A DNA stretch of 64,000 nt from the human T2T-CHM13v2.0 reference genome, Homo sapiens. A program made the position numbers and the translations under genes. A model generated the notes under the pieces. The model worked only from the letters and a program-made list of their open reading frames with translations. It did not search any database and was not told the origin of the DNA. Below are positions 27,890 to 43,130 of this stretch, in pieces; the first letter of the stretch is position 1, and each line of letters starts with the position of its first letter. The DNA is taken from assembly GCF_009914755.1 (NCBI RefSeq), contig NC_060937.1; one strand, 5' to 3'.

Positions 27890-29181
27890 GCTTTAGAAAG
27901 CAAGCTCACCTGTCACATTACCTCTGCACATAAATTTTGATACTAGGATATATGTAATTTGACATTTCTTGTTTGTTTCCTTGGTGTTAGAAACCTGTTC
28001 CTAGAAAGACAGGACTTCATTGATGTTCCTCCAAGTGCTCAGTAGAGTTGAACTGTACCATTTAACAGTGCTGATTAAACTGTTACAAAGTTATTGAATG
28101 TTCAGAACAAAACAGGAATTTTTCAGTCTTTTGTATTCTAAATCAGACATACTACGACTATGGGTTGAGACAGTAACTTGTTTCCAACCAAATATAAAGG
28201 ACAGTGCAAACCTTTGTATTTAATTAGTCCAAATCCCATTTGCTCATCTGGAAAATACAAGAGCTATGATGCAGAATAGCCTCTAGAATCCCTGACAGCC
28301 CTGACGTTCTATGAGAATCTACTCAGGGATATCTCCCATGGCACAGCTTCTCTGGGGCTTGGCTAACTTGCCAGAGGCCCCTGTGATCTGACAACACATA
28401 TGTGTCATGGAATTGGACATGTCTATTTCTTTCTGGAGAACTTTTGGCAATTTCTGCAGCCTGCCCCGGGCAGTGAGAAGTTTCCAGAAAGTTGGCTTAC
28501 TGCCCATGTTTCCTCAGAAATTGGGGGAGTGTGGAGCCAGGCAATTGTTTTTATACTTTGAGCTACTTACTTCCTTCCTGTACCCATTGAGGGACATAGG
28601 GAGTGCCATTTGTGTACCTTGGAGGTTTTTAAGATTTGCAGAGACCATCATATTTAAGGCTAAAAATTCTTAAATGCTATCAAAAAATAGCACATTAACT
28701 ATTGTTAATAAAGCTCTGTTTCAGATTGCTACAGAGCCTCATTCCCCAAAAAGTCTAAATTACCTAAGTTGTAAAAAAATTAACCTTTTGGTTAAAACAA
28801 AAACAAAACCAAAAACGATGTCATCATATTATATGCATTATAATTGGTTTCCTTGATTGGTATTGAACTGCTATGTACCAGACCCTGTGCTAGGTACTGA
28901 AGGGAATGAAAAAATGAGCATACAAGATTCCCAATTCATAATCCAGTCTGGGAGGGAGACAAACACAAATAACTCTAAAAGAGAATACAGGGAAATAACT
29001 CTTTACGAGATCCGATGAGGTAGAATTCTATTCCTGAGAGCAAGGATGAAGGCACTCAAAGTTTGACAATTCTATGGAATTAAAAAAAAATCACTCAAGC
29101 TATAAATGCACTAAAAGCAAACAAGACTGAAGAGAGAATGAAGTCACCAGGCTGTCTCTGGTTATAGGATGTGTGGCTTAC

Positions 29182-29290
29182 CTGTGATATAAAAGCTTAT
29201 GTTTCTTCCCACAGTCCCAACTTTATTGGAAGCTATGCAAATGTAGATTCCAGAAATTCTAGAGTCAGCCACAACCAAGGTGCTAGCCAT
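29182..29290 (-). CDS. FLT1: FLT1 exon 12 (109 nt)
   Basis: CAG|ATG GCT AGC; MASTLVVADSRISGIYICIASNKVGTVGRNISFYIT; donor G|GTAAGC. Read manually. Confidence 0.98.
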
Positions 29291-29778
29291 CTGCAAAAGA
29301 AAAGGAAACTTTAGCTAGCAACAGGACAAATAACTAATTGAACACCCCAAGCTACTTCTGAGGTTGAAATGATTCAGCTACTCCATTCATTCTGCAAAGA
29401 GAGTATTGCATAGGTGGTGGTTACCAGAAGGCTCTCCCCTTGCCGAGCCCCAACAAGAATGGAAAAATAACAGGAAAGCAGGTCCTCAGGAGACCGGGGC
29501 CTATGACATCCGACTCATATGAGGGTTTCAGGCTTATTTATCTCGTGCTGCTGGCGTAACAATTACAGACCTGAAGCTGAGATGTGGGACTGCACGTCCT
29601 ACCCTATGAGGTGGTCAGTTCCACATCAATGAGAGGAACAGGTGAGGCTGAGGCCTTCCCTTTTGTTTGGGTGACCTGAGAGCATAGATGCCAGTTATAA
29701 CAGGAGCCTTCTCTGCTGTTTGGTTCTATAACAGGCATGTTAAGTGAGCAAGGACAGAAGATAATGTTTGGCTGAAAC

Positions 29779-29907
29779 TTTTTTTTTTTTAAGAAATGGG
29801 GTCTTGCTATGTTGCCCAGGCTGGCCTTGAACTTCTGGGCTCAAGCAGTTTTCCCGCTTTTGTCTCCCAAGTAGCTGGGACAACAGGCACATGCCACTGT
29901 ACCTGGC
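29779..29907 (-). mobile_element. Alu monomer (FLAM-like)
   Basis: Single arm: ggggtcttgctatgttgcccaggctggccttgaacttctgggctcaag. Confidence 0.85.
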
Positions 29908-29969
29908 TTGAAACTTTTTTTCTATGCTCAAATAATGTGGCATGCAGCACTGGATGGTCCTGAAGGAGA

Positions 29970-29971
<2 letters not shown>

Positions 29972-30015
<44 letters not shown>
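29972..30015 (+). repeat. (GT)22 microsatellite
   Basis: Directly visible, 44 nt. Confidence 0.97.
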
Positions 30016-30020
<5 letters not shown>

Positions 30021-31265
30021 ACCTAATTTCTCTTAATAGATTAAGTATCTATTCCTAATCTAGAAGATGAAAATTTAAATTATGAATTAATGCAATTATA
30101 TTGTTCCACTAGACTTTAGTGCTATTATTTGACAACTTAGTCCCTAAAGAAACATTAGCAGTCAAAATTGCATGAACTTGAAAGCACTTTCCAAATTCTG
30201 ATGTCTAAAAAGTAATGAAACAAAATTTTAGACAACTTAAAGACTTGCGTTCTTCCAAAGAAAAAAAATTGGCAATATGAAACAAATTGTTAAACATTCT
30301 TAAATTTAACCCAAGCTTGCATTAAAAAGTAGTGTATAATCTATATGAAAAAAATGAGAAAGCTAGTTTCTCATACTTAAAATTATGGAAAAGAAAAGTT
30401 AGTCCAGTTACTTATAAATCTTTGCAGCCTATGTCCTAGGACAAAAATAACTGGTTATGGGCTTTGAAATTGCAGAGGCTGTGCAAATGATTCCAGACTA
30501 ATAGAGTGTCCTTGCTGAAGTATAATGACAAGTGACTTACAGGCTAAAGTAATGTAAGGCTGAAATGTGACAGCTGACTTTCCAAGGTGGTGGACATACT
30601 CTACAAGTGGTTTGGCTGTAGGAGAGAGTCCTAACATTTTCTTGAGTTTCTAAGTAATGTGCTAGGCACTTTAGTTGTGTTCTCTTATCCCATCTAATAA
30701 ATTAAGGTATTTCTGTCTTTAATCTACAGATCAGGAAGACTTAAACACATGTTCCTCATGTTTTTAGCCAGCAAATTCATTGGTCCAAATTCTCTACAAT
30801 TTTCACTGTGGTATAGTGAGTAGTACACAGTGCTTTCTCTTCTGTTTGTTGGAAGGATCTGCTTAATTACACCTACCCATATACTCCCTGTGTATTATTG
30901 AAATTATTGGTAATGAAAGTGTCTGCAATATGTGGCAGACAATTTAGCAGACATTTATTGAGTGATTATCAAGGCATTGCCCAGATGTTGTAAGAGAGAC
31001 AGAGATGAATATGACACAATCCCTCCCTTAACATTATCATTCTTTAAGGTGATAGAGAAGAATTTCCCTCCTTGAAGATCATACAAAAATTATTCTCTCT
31101 TTTGCAAGGAAAGCGCATATGAAGGCAAATAATCCATGGGAAAGTGTACGAAAGAGAGCTCAGGTGTCCCTTTTCTTATTTTGATGATGAATCTTTTTAA
31201 GAGGTGGGACATAAAAAATTCTGAATAGCCATTTCCTTGTAATTGTTGTACCCACCCGTTTAGAG

Positions 31266-31340
31266 TCACGGAAGGAAATGGAAGTAGTTGGAAGAGAAGC
31301 TTGTAGGTGGCAACATGAAAGAACTGTTAGCTGGTGGAAG
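31266..31340 (-). CDS. FLT1: Alternative terminal exon in intron 11 (short soluble FLT1 isoform of about 541 aa)
   Basis: Good acceptor (tttgac...tctctcctgtcttccAG|) in phase 0 with exon 11; translates LPPANSSFMLPPTSFSSNYFHFLP-TGA, which matches the C-terminus I recall for the short FLT1 isoform 4. AATAAA on the minus strand at 30954-30959. Confidence 0.88.
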   Translation of the reverse strand, partial: LPPANSSFMLPPTSFSSNYFHFLP

Positions 31341-32079
31341 CTGGAAGACAGGAGAGATCGTCAAATACGACTCTGACTCCCTTACATTGTCTCAGGAAGC
31401 TTAGACCCTTCAAAGCAGTATGCAAAAAATTCAGAAACAAGGAGCTCAGATGAAGCCTTTTTAAGCTGGGGTGTCAGCTCCAGCACTGTTTTTTTTATGA
31501 AGTTAGTTCTCAAGTGTTTATCCTAATGGGCCTCAGGAGAAACTTACTTAGATTCTCAGATTAATTGTTGCTCAGTAAGTAAGTGAAAAACCCATTTCTG
31601 TTGGCTTGGGAGTGTTTGAAATTATGGACAGCATTTATCTGCATCTATGAGTCATGTTTGGGTTTTTATTTAAAAGATTTTGATTTCATTGAACTTAGAG
31701 CAACCGAGAACAAGAACTGGGTTTCGTGGCAAGGGAAAATCAAGTCAGATGTATACATTTGCCACATTTAAGACCTGTGTAGGTAACCTGGGAATGGCCG
31801 TGGCCATTTTACAAGTCCCCAACAAATAGTCAAATAGGTCCAAATTTATGTATAATCAGAGAATAAAACTGAGGTGCCCCGAAGTGAAATGAATCCGGGT
31901 CACAAGATGGAGACAGAAATGTATTGAATTTTTCTTCTTTTGTGTGAATGACACCTTCCAAACAAGACACATTACTCGTAGTCAAGCCTGCCCCAGAAAT
32001 CATGTCTCCAAAGCTTCTATTAAAATAGAAGCAGAAAACAACGTTGATGGGAGTTTACATTATTTCTTTGTTTCTGCGA

Positions 32080-32320
32080 ACCTTTATGTATGCCTTACAA
32101 TGCACCAGGCAGCATGCAAGGCACTTTACAGGAATTGTCTCATTTAATCCTCCCCAAAACCCTGTGAGATGGGTATATTACCCTATTCTACAGGTAGGAC
32201 AACTGAGGTTCCGAGAGATTAGATGATTCACCCAAAGATGCAAAGGACCACAGACAGGCCTGGGCAGAATTTATGCTCAGGTGTGTCTGCCTCCGTGCCT
32301 ATGCTCCTAATCTCTACACC
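32080..32320 (-). mobile_element. MIR
   Basis: ctcatttaatcctccccaaaaccctgtgagatggg...aactgaggttccgagagattagatgattcacccaaag. Confidence 0.75.
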
Positions 32321-33165
32321 AGATTGCTTCTCGCCTTGAGACTCTTTAAGTTGAATAACACAGATCTATTGGCAAAATTCTGTCTACACCTTTAATTGAA
32401 TTTTTCCTTGAGAATACTTCCTTTAATCCGCAGAGATGGGTAACATAAATTAAATACTACTACTATTTACAGAAATACTAGTTGGCTTCTCTGATGACAT
32501 TTTACATAAGCTGCAAGCTGCTCTTCAACTGTTGTTATGTGGTTTGAAAATATATTTGATAAATACAATGGTTATCACTAAAGAAGAAAAGTTAAAAATA
32601 AGGTGAAACATATCCTATGATCAGTTTTATTAAAATTTATCTCATTTCTAGAGTACTTCTCTTTCAGGGGATATATTTTTAAATTATAAATTCAAACATT
32701 TTCTCATTAAAAATAAAATTATTTGACAATTAAAATTTAAACTTTATAGGGCCAGAGAAAGGAGCTCAGGTGCAAATTGTAGATCAGTGTAGTCTGGCTG
32801 GACTAGAAGGCAGCTTTGCATGAGACAGTGAGTTTCAATGTCTGAGTCTTCTGAATAAAGGAAAAAATCTGTTCCTCAGTCCTTATATCCAAATACTATG
32901 GTGTTAAGGGAAAAAAACGAAAATAGCATCACAGTTAGGGCATGCAATATCAACTAAATACTTTCAAAGAGAAAGTAACCAAGAATTTGAGTTGTGCGTT
33001 TGAAATTATAATCATTTATTCTATAAGGTATGCAAAAATAAATTCTTAAGGATATCTACTTGTATTAGTGCTATAATTAGTTTTCATTTTCCACAATTGA
33101 AAATAAATGAAAGAGGACTGAGGAAGAGAAAAAAGCAGAAGTGCTGAAATAAAATTAGACTATTA

Positions 33166-33552
<387 letters not shown>

Positions 33553-34942
33553 TTACATGTTAGAGACAGATCCTTCAAGCCCATTCTCTAGGCTCTTTGG
33601 TATGACCCAGGAATGCTCATAAAACTATCAGCAAGTACTGTAAGTTTGGAGTTTTTCATGTTCCTTCCTTCCTTCCCCTTCACTAAGCATTAGTAATTCG
33701 TTACTACAATGTTGTTTGAACCTCACTGAATAGAATGGATGGGCTGATGTGTCATTCAGCCTAATTCCAGCACTCGTTTTTTAAAAATCTATATATGGAA
33801 CACTGATTTTAATCTCGGGATGTTTCTAATATAGCTTCCTTTCAAGTGTTTCACTGAGAAATAAAAGTAGATGTGTAAAGGTCATGGAAGAATCTAAAAT
33901 TAACACAGGGTGGCACATTTGAGCCAACTGATGGGAAAACAGAACGTGAGATTTAGAAAAAATTGGGGTGTGTGTGGGAACTGAAACACAAGCTGTAATT
34001 CTGTGGTTAGGATTCTTGCTCCTGTCATGGATTTGTCTCATACAGGACACATTTCTCAAGGTACACTCAGAAGGATTTCAATGGAAATATTGCTAACACA
34101 TTAAAATGGTAATGATTCTCCAACCTTACAGAATTAATGCTGTGATAACGTATTTCCTGTGTGTTTTTTCTAACACGGGGTTCCTTCTACTTCCTACTCC
34201 ATATCTACAAACCTAACAGTTTGGCAACACCACTTAGACAATACGAAAGTGCACATTTGCTACTAGCAACTCCAGTTGATGACTCACTTTTCACAAATCT
34301 GGGCCAAAACTCGCCAATAAGGAAACTAAATTTTATTGTCCTCTATACCCTTCCTTAAGTTAAACAAAAAAATACAACAAAACAAAGAAAAAAAATCCAA
34401 GGTGCTCCAGCGTGAGTGTGATCGCTGCCCCACTGACCTGTGGAGTAGCATTGCTGGGCAGGCTACCATGTGACGGTGGATAAAGGGATCACCGCAGTCT
34501 AAGCTGGGACTTTAATTTGCTTTCTAAAAATGTATAGAAAATAAAAACAGTTTTAATTGTGAAGGAAAAAGCACTGCATATAATTCAGAAACAGCAAAAC
34601 TTCCATTTTGTCACCATCATATGACAGATACATTTTTTCACACCCACAAAAAGATATATTAGTAGATGCTAAAAGTAAAATTACTAAATTCTCCTAAATT
34701 CAAGATATGAACTCAATCATTTTATTTAAAGTCTAATATATTACAATTACAACTGCTAATGGGATATGTACCATATATATAGATATAAAATATATCTATA
34801 TATATAGAGAGAGAGACTTTGTTTAGTGTGAGTATTAAAAGTTTTTTCAGTGCAAACAATTGTTTAACAAAGTCTTCATTGTATATGATCACAATCAGTT
34901 TAGGGAATTGCATAAGGGTACATATGACATTCACTTTACTAA

Positions 34943-35315
<373 letters not shown>

Positions 35316-35983
35316 TTCATTATGTTATTTCATTTCATCCTTGTAACAGGAAGTACTAGCTAAGGCAAGTATCATTAGTTCTGTTTTTTTTGGAGGAAAG
35401 AACTCAAGCTGAGAGAGGTGAGCTGGTTTGTATGTGATTATACAGAGAGGAAGTGTCGTAGTTTGACTCCAGGGCTCCTGATGGCAGGTTGGGTAGCACA
35501 AGTGCAGAGGTCTATATTTAAAATCTTCTGCGTAACTGTAAAATTACCAGACAATAAATTTGTTTTAAACCTTCATGGAGAAAATCTTGGGACGTTCTTT
35601 TATCATGGGCATGTTTTGATACTCCACCTCCACTGATTTTTATAGGTTTTTACATTATATATGGAGTCAAGTTGCCACTTCATGGTTTGGGTTAGCCAGA
35701 AACTTCACCTAGCTTTCTCATTTTTCATTTCATTTCCTATTGTATATTTTTGTGGATAGGATACCAAAATAGCACTAGAAGTTACCACTGAAATTAAGCT
35801 TATAAATTCTTGTGTTAATATCCAGCAGTTAACAGTACATCCTCCTGACATGGTCAGGAAAAAGCAAAATGAATTGACACAACCAATGAATGGCATCTTG
35901 ACATTTTTCTAGTACTTTGTGACAACTAATTTGCTGTTCACTGCTAATAAACTGAGGTAGTTTCCTTATTAAAAATATCTGAA

Positions 35984-36331
<348 letters not shown>

Positions 36332-36959
36332 CTAAGTATTTCATTAAACTGCTCTCTTATCAATAGCTATACATCACGGACTGTTTTAAAGTACTGCTTA
36401 TTTCTGTCAGAGAAAAAGAGTTGTAAACCACCTACAGCTACTGCTATAGTTATAAAAACTTCCTAAGTGTTTAATAAGAGACTATTGGTGTTATCATATA
36501 AGCTATTGCCACTCTGACTAATTTCTACAGTGGCTTACTTGGCTATAAGGGCATTAGGTTTTGCAAAGGAAAGACTTTGGTTTGAGTCTCTCATTTATAC
36601 TTTTAAGCTGTCTTTGGGTTAATCATCTTATCTTCCCTGTTTTATCTTTAAAATAGAGATAACCACTCTCATCTGCCAAAGAATGATGGTGACATTAGCA
36701 TATGTCAAAAAGTTTCACATAATGAAAATTATAGATGTTATTTGTTGTTACTGTTAAATCATACATGAGGAACGATGCCATCTACTTTGTCATCTTCAAG
36801 TGCAAAGTGTACGGCTGAATAGATGACATAAGCATACCCACACTCAAGCAGGCAGTGGAATCTGTATTAACAGTCTCTACTCCAAATCAAGAAATATATA
36901 TGTAAACAGACATGTCAGCAAGGGGATACTTGATATGTTTTTTCTTTTTAAAAGAATCA

Positions 36960-37304
<345 letters not shown>

Positions 37305-37613
37305 TTAAGTGTATTCTTTACTAATTCAACAGGAAAAAGCCACTAGGTCTGAGATCCACTGAGACTTGCCTAGCTGACAGGCTTGTTAGCTATTGCCAAG
37401 CTTCAGTGGGGGTTAGGGGAGTATAAAATGAATAGTGCGCTGATGAGGTCAAGGAATCTTGATAGATTGTGTGTGTTTGCATATCCCCCTCAACTCAGGC
37501 TTTGCTCTTGCAGACAGAGGGAAATACATGATATTTCACAAAATAGAAACATTCAGTTTTAGCTCTAAGTCTTGCACTAGCTTTTGCTTACTGGGATCCC
37601 ACTTTATGTACAT

Positions 37614-37750
37614 CAGTGATTCTCAATCCCTGTTAGGTACTGGAATCACCTGGGAAGATTTTACGAGCCCTAGGCTGCACTCCGGAGATTTGGATATAAT
37701 AATAATTGGTAGAGTATTCTAATAGGCAGCCAGGACTGTGAACCACCAAT
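37614..37750 (+). mobile_element. MER5A-like hAT-Charlie fragment
   Basis: cagtgattctcaa...ggaatcacctgggaag...attctaataggcagccaggactgtgaaccac. Confidence 0.6.
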
Positions 37751-38002
37751 GTGGACCAGTTTGATGTTCAAGTGGACAGTGCCATCTCTACCATTAGGAA
37801 TGAGTACTCATTATGTTGGAACTGGTAGCTTGAGTAGTCTCTGTGTGTATCTCCATGAAGACATAGCTCAGATATTGTCTTTCTTCTCTCTGAATTTTTG
37901 TTTGAACATTTAAATTACTTCTGGTGCCAATAAACCTAGAATTGGGAGCTGAGAGTGTATTTGTGGAATAAATATCCCAGTGCGCATTTTTACAAACAAT
38001 AC

Positions 38003-38117
38003 CTTATTCTTTCCTTCTATTATTGCCATGCGCTGAGTGATGCTCTCAATTCTGTTTCCCATGTTGCTGTCAGCATCCAGGATAAAGGACTCTTCATTAT
38101 TGGAACAAAAGTCACAC
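38003..38117 (-). CDS. FLT1: FLT1 exon 11 (115 nt)
   Basis: TAG|G TGT GAC; CDFCSNNEESFILDADSNMGNRIESITQRMAIIEGKNK; donor AAG|GTATTG. Confidence 0.98.
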
Positions 38118-38850
38118 CTATTAAAAAAAAAAGTTGTCACAATGTGGCTTTACAGCATGGTTCAGTCAATGGGGACAGGTGAAATGAAAACTTGGTGTAA
38201 GTCCTCAGATAACAAAGTCACAAATTTTATGTGTGAGTCTTCTTTTCCTTAGATTTTTTCCTATATTCATCCTCAAAACTTAAAAATAGCAAATATATTT
38301 GGCTGATACTTGAAAAAAGCCCCACACTAGTGTGTCACCATACATCCTTTTCGTTGTAAATGTTAATATTAAATAAAAATGCATAAATTAGAAAATTTAG
38401 TATCTAGATTTTAGTTTTTAGTGGAAGTAACATTCAAACACGGAAAAAATGAAGTTATGTTAATGAATAAAAAACTCAAGGAAATCATACCATTTTATAT
38501 CTATAAAAGGCTGGCTTTTAATCAGAATATGCAGTTGGATGGCTAAGTTTTTCCAGGGCTAATTAAGTGCATATGGAAATCAACATCATGAAACAGTTAT
38601 TAAATTCAGTCTCTCTCTGCTCAAGTTTTGGGGAACTGTTCAAGCTCTCAGGCCTCAAGTGTTTAATTATAAAATAAAGGTGTTGATGTTATTTATCTTT
38701 GAGGTCCATGAATTCTCTCTCTGTTTTAAACATTTCACCATTTTGCATTCTGACTTTCTGGACTAGAATTTTTTTGAGCAGAAAGCTTGCTGGTCTCTAA
38801 TTTGCACATGTCTTGGGCAGATTCTACAGATTTTTTAAACCAAGAGGAAT

Positions 38851-39000
38851 TTTATTATTATTATTATTATTATTATTAGAGACAGGGTCTCACTCTGTCA
38901 CCTAGGCTAATGTGCAGTGGTGCAATCATAGGTCACTGCAGCCTCGAACCTCTGGGTTCAAGCAATCCTGCCGCTTCAGCCTGTAGCTGGGATTATAGGC
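38851..39000 (-). mobile_element. Partial Alu (AluJ/FRAM-like) with (tta)n tail
   Basis: gagacagggtctcactctgtcacc...gcagcctcgaacctctgggttcaag. Confidence 0.85.
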
Positions 39001-39459
39001 TAAGTGAAATTTTCAAGCTTCATTTCCAGAAAAAAATGAGTGGTTCATCTTTAGCAGCCAAGAGCAGGAATGACTTATGTGAGAGGAAAATGAGAGGCTA
39101 AAGTCAGTGAGAAAAAGGGGAAGACAGAAGGGAATGTGGTCAGAAAAACGTTCCGTTACTATTCCTCCCTGGTCCTTGAGCTGAGAAGGAACTCCAGAGT
39201 GTTAAACTATCGCATCTGCAGGGGTACTGGCCCTGTAACGTCCTCCTGCAGAGTACTCACCACCTTTTAAGTGCTGACTTAACGGTTCTGAGTCCCCGCT
39301 GGGCCAACAGCTACAGGAGGACAGGGGACAAATCGACGTATTCACTCTGTCCCCATAGCTAAGCAGGGCCCGAGCATGCCGTCGGCGCCCCATAAACATT
39401 TGCACACATGCAGACAGGCACAAGGTACCCGAAGTTGTTTTTGCTAAGAGTTTCTACTT

Positions 39460-39870
39460 TCTTTAATTGTTTATTATTATCAAACACACCGATAAGTAGA
39501 GAGAATAGTGTGATACACCCCCATATACCCGCCACCCAGATTTCACAGTTATCAAGATTTTGTCACATTGGTTTCATCTACCCCTTTTTTTTCTTCTGTA
39601 TTTTATTTATTTATTTATTTTAAAATTTTTCTAGCCTGGCCAAATGAAGGATTTCTGTGTTTTAAAACAAATCTCAGGCATCTTGTCATTTTAGCCCTAT
39701 GTACTTCAGTGCATCTCTCTAAAAAATGAGCAAATTTTTCCAATATAACCACAACACTACTTTTATACCTAAGAGAATTAGCAATAATTCCGTGGTGGTG
39801 TTTGCACCTAAACCGTATATCAGATTTCCCCAAATGTTTTTAAAGATGTCTGTCTTACAGTTAGATTACA
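39460..39870 (-). mobile_element. Old L1MC-like 3' fragment
   Basis: aagtagagagaatagt...cccccatatacccgccacccagatt; tacttcagtgcatctctctaaaaa; ataaccacaacact motifs. Confidence 0.6.
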
Positions 39871-41556
39871 AGATTTAAAATTTAAAAAGAATGAATAAAA
39901 GGTGACCATTCCTCAAGGAATTTCTGCAGTTTTTACCAGGTATAACCTTATAATAATCATGAGGTAAAATAAATGAACATTTTAATGCTTATTGATAAGT
40001 AGAGTAAACTGAGCCAAAGAGAAATTATGTACTTTCTCCTTTATTAGAAACATCTTAATGACAAAGTTTAAAAGTCATTATATGAGAGTCACTTTGCCTT
40101 ACTTTTTCATTATCATATTCTCCATTTTCTAGACTATAACATCCCCATGTTAATCTTGCGTTAGACTTGCTATCTTTCACACACTCGTATTACAGGTATG
40201 AGTGTATATAATGTGCACATATACACATGTGTATACCTAGATTAGACATTTGCATATGTACTTGGGATTGTGACATCAAACAGCTAAAGTTCTCTTGTAT
40301 CTGGAAGACAAGCTTTTAGATTGTATTCCTTTTCCCCCAAAGCAAGGAAAAAGATCGGGGATACCTTAGTCAAAGATCTTAATTTCATACTCTTGGGCTT
40401 TAGGAAATGCAAAGAAATATGTTAGAGTAAGGCAAGCCTGGGTGTTTCTCAAGGGAAATACAGTCTGCTATCTGAGTTCACTTGGGGCTGTTGACCTCTG
40501 ACACCCCACACCTCCCCCATCCCACACCCATGACTCTGAGGGCAGTTACTAAGGGCACAAGCCCTAGTATGGAAACTATAGGCCAGACTTATTGCCAGCT
40601 CTTCCACATAAAAAGGACAGATTCTGTGGCTATTTTCTAATTTAGGGGCTGTTATTTTTCCCTCTTTGTAATTGGGGCTATAAAAATAGAATGTCATTTA
40701 GAAGCCTTACTATATAACAGCACTTGAAAAGAGATTTAGGGGGAGGGGAATGTGCCTAAGCCTTAAGAATACATCAAGCTCTTAAGGAAGTAGATTGTGC
40801 CATGTTTGAAGATGCAAAGATAATCACTGTGCTGGGAACTGTCTTGAGGGGGGAGGAAGCCGAACAACAAGAGGAAAGCAGCGTTCGCTCCTGATTTCGC
40901 ACAGGAAGTCCACAGCACCTCCTGCCAAAGCGAGATAAGAAAGCTCCCATGCACTATTCTGGACAAGGCCACTGTTATCAGCCTCAGCTCGGCGCTGTCC
41001 TCTCTTTGCTCCAAGCCTCCGTCCCTTTCCTAATGAGCTATATGACTCCTACCTCCATTTGCATACAGCATGCCAAGTACAATGGCAGGGAGGTATTTAT
41101 AACCCCTGAAAGGAAAAAAAAAATTATGGGCTAAGAGTGTACTCCATGTCATCTCTGCTGATTGCTCTGGACCTGAAACAACTTAATTTCGGACTAGAGA
41201 TTGATATAAATAAATTAAAAGAAAGCAGCCAATTATGTTTCCAACACATGGAGCTAGGACCTCATGTGTGATATGTCAGCCTTCTACATTCCAAGTGGGA
41301 GCCATCTGTGGAACTCCCCATCTGGTCTAAGTTACTAGTCTTCTTCTCTTGACACATTATGGGAAACTGCCACCCTCTATATATGCAGATGACACTACTG
41401 ACCTACATGCTTTGGGTTGATTTTCTTGTAACAGTGATGAATTTGCCCTCTTCCCACCACACTCAAAAGTATTTGGCTTCTCTGTGACCAAAGACAGATG
41501 AAGGCAGTCTGGGGCCACAGAAAAAGGCAAAGCCAACAGAGGTCAAACCTACGATA

Positions 41557-41848
41557 TTTCTTTCTTTCTTTTTTTTTTTTTTTCTGTCACCCAGGCTGGA
41601 GTGCAGTGGAGCAATCTTGGCTTATTACAGCCTTGACCTCCTGGGCTTAACTGACCCTCCAACTTCAGCCTTCCGAGTAGCTGGGACTACATGTGTGTGC
41701 CATCATGCGAGGATAATTTTTGTATTTTTAGTGGAGATGGGGTTTAACCATGTTGCCCAGGCTGGTCTCGAACTCCTGGGCTCAAGCAATCTGCCTGCCT
41801 CAGCCTCCCAAGGTACTGAGATTACAGGTGTGAGCCAATGCTCCTGGC
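41557..41848 (-). mobile_element. Alu (AluJ-like)
   Basis: Reverse-complement dimer. Confidence 0.9.
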
Positions 41849-42879
41849 CAAACCTACCATCTTGACAGTATTGACTGCTGGCAGAATTTGTACTCAGTTC
41901 TGGATCATTTCAGAACCTGTGCACTTGACCCCAACACCATAAGTAACATGATATCCATGTACTACCATCATGTGACAAGAAATTATTATGCTTCAGTACT
42001 TCTTGGACATAGTAAGAAAAGACATCTCAAATATTCAGTACACAAATACCATTACTATGTTGAGGATTCCATGGCTTTTTTTTTTTTTAGCTACTTTTGC
42101 ATAACATGGTCAGTCTCTTTCCAAAATTTGCTAAACATCTCTCATCTCACACAACCAAAATATGTTGAATGACCAGTGCATGCACAGTCTGCAATTACAG
42201 TTTATATTACAGTTTCTATGAGAGCTCACTTTGTCACCCTGCAGTTCCTGAATTCAAGACAGGTTCCATTCACCTTTACAAATCCAACACTCAATGAAGT
42301 ATAATGCACAATGCACACCCAAAGGTACCCCTTTGTGTTCACCTGTGCTTTTTCTTAATTGCTGGTTTTTAACAATTCTTATTTTTAGATTTTCTTCACT
42401 CCTCCTGCCTTCCTCTCCCCTCCCCCTACTTAAAGCTCAGAGCTGGTACTTTCTTTCCTTTAGAGGATAGATTGTCACATCTGGTGGAATCAGAAGGGAA
42501 AGCCCAGCTGGGTGAGCGTTAGCTACTGATAGTAAGTATTGTGTTTTCTTTGAAGTGGTTCTCTTGTGAGGAAATGATCGATTCTCTTGGAGAATTGGGT
42601 GGGATGGTTCAACACTTCATTTAGCCTTTCTAGAAATTGCCCATCTGTTTAGTGCCTGTTATGGTACCCAAGACTCCTATAGCAATCCAGTATAAAATTC
42701 TCATTTCATAAATGATTTCCTGCCAGTCTAATAACCACATTGATTCTAGAAGGTCTGCTCTACAGCCTTAGTCTTAAGACACACAGATTTTTTTAAAAGG
42801 ATCCTCTTTCAATAAATGATATTAAGCTGGCATTTCAAATCTCTGTTGTGCCAATATCTGATTCTTGGCTGCTTGAAGG

Positions 42880-43130
42880 GAAACAAGTTTTGTGAGCTGC
42901 TACTATGTGCTACTAAAGCTTGGGCTAGAAGCAATACACATTTTGCCTCAATTAGTTCTCACAGTCACCCTATGAAGCAAGCATTATGATCCTTATTTCA
43001 TAAATCCTTTTATCAATAAGGAAACTGAGACTCAGAAAAATCAAATGCTTTGCTCAAGTTCACAGGGAAAGGAGCAGAATTAGGATCAGAACCCAGACTC
43101 TCCTAACTCTTCACTATCCCAGAGCTCTGT
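42880..43130 (-). mobile_element. MIR
   Basis: gaaactgagactcagaaaaatcaaatgctttgctcaagttcacag...gaattaggatcagaacccagact. Confidence 0.65.

Noticed and set aside
35342-35356. FOX:ETS-like TAACAGGAAG motif
   Set aside because: Isolated and apparently embedded in a decayed MIR next to an Alu; insufficient support.
37910-38002. Intron 11 read-through tail (VLFVKMRTG...PEVI) as another soluble isoform
   Set aside because: The frame is open for 30 codons, but I saw no nearby canonical poly(A) signal and that length is within chance expectation.
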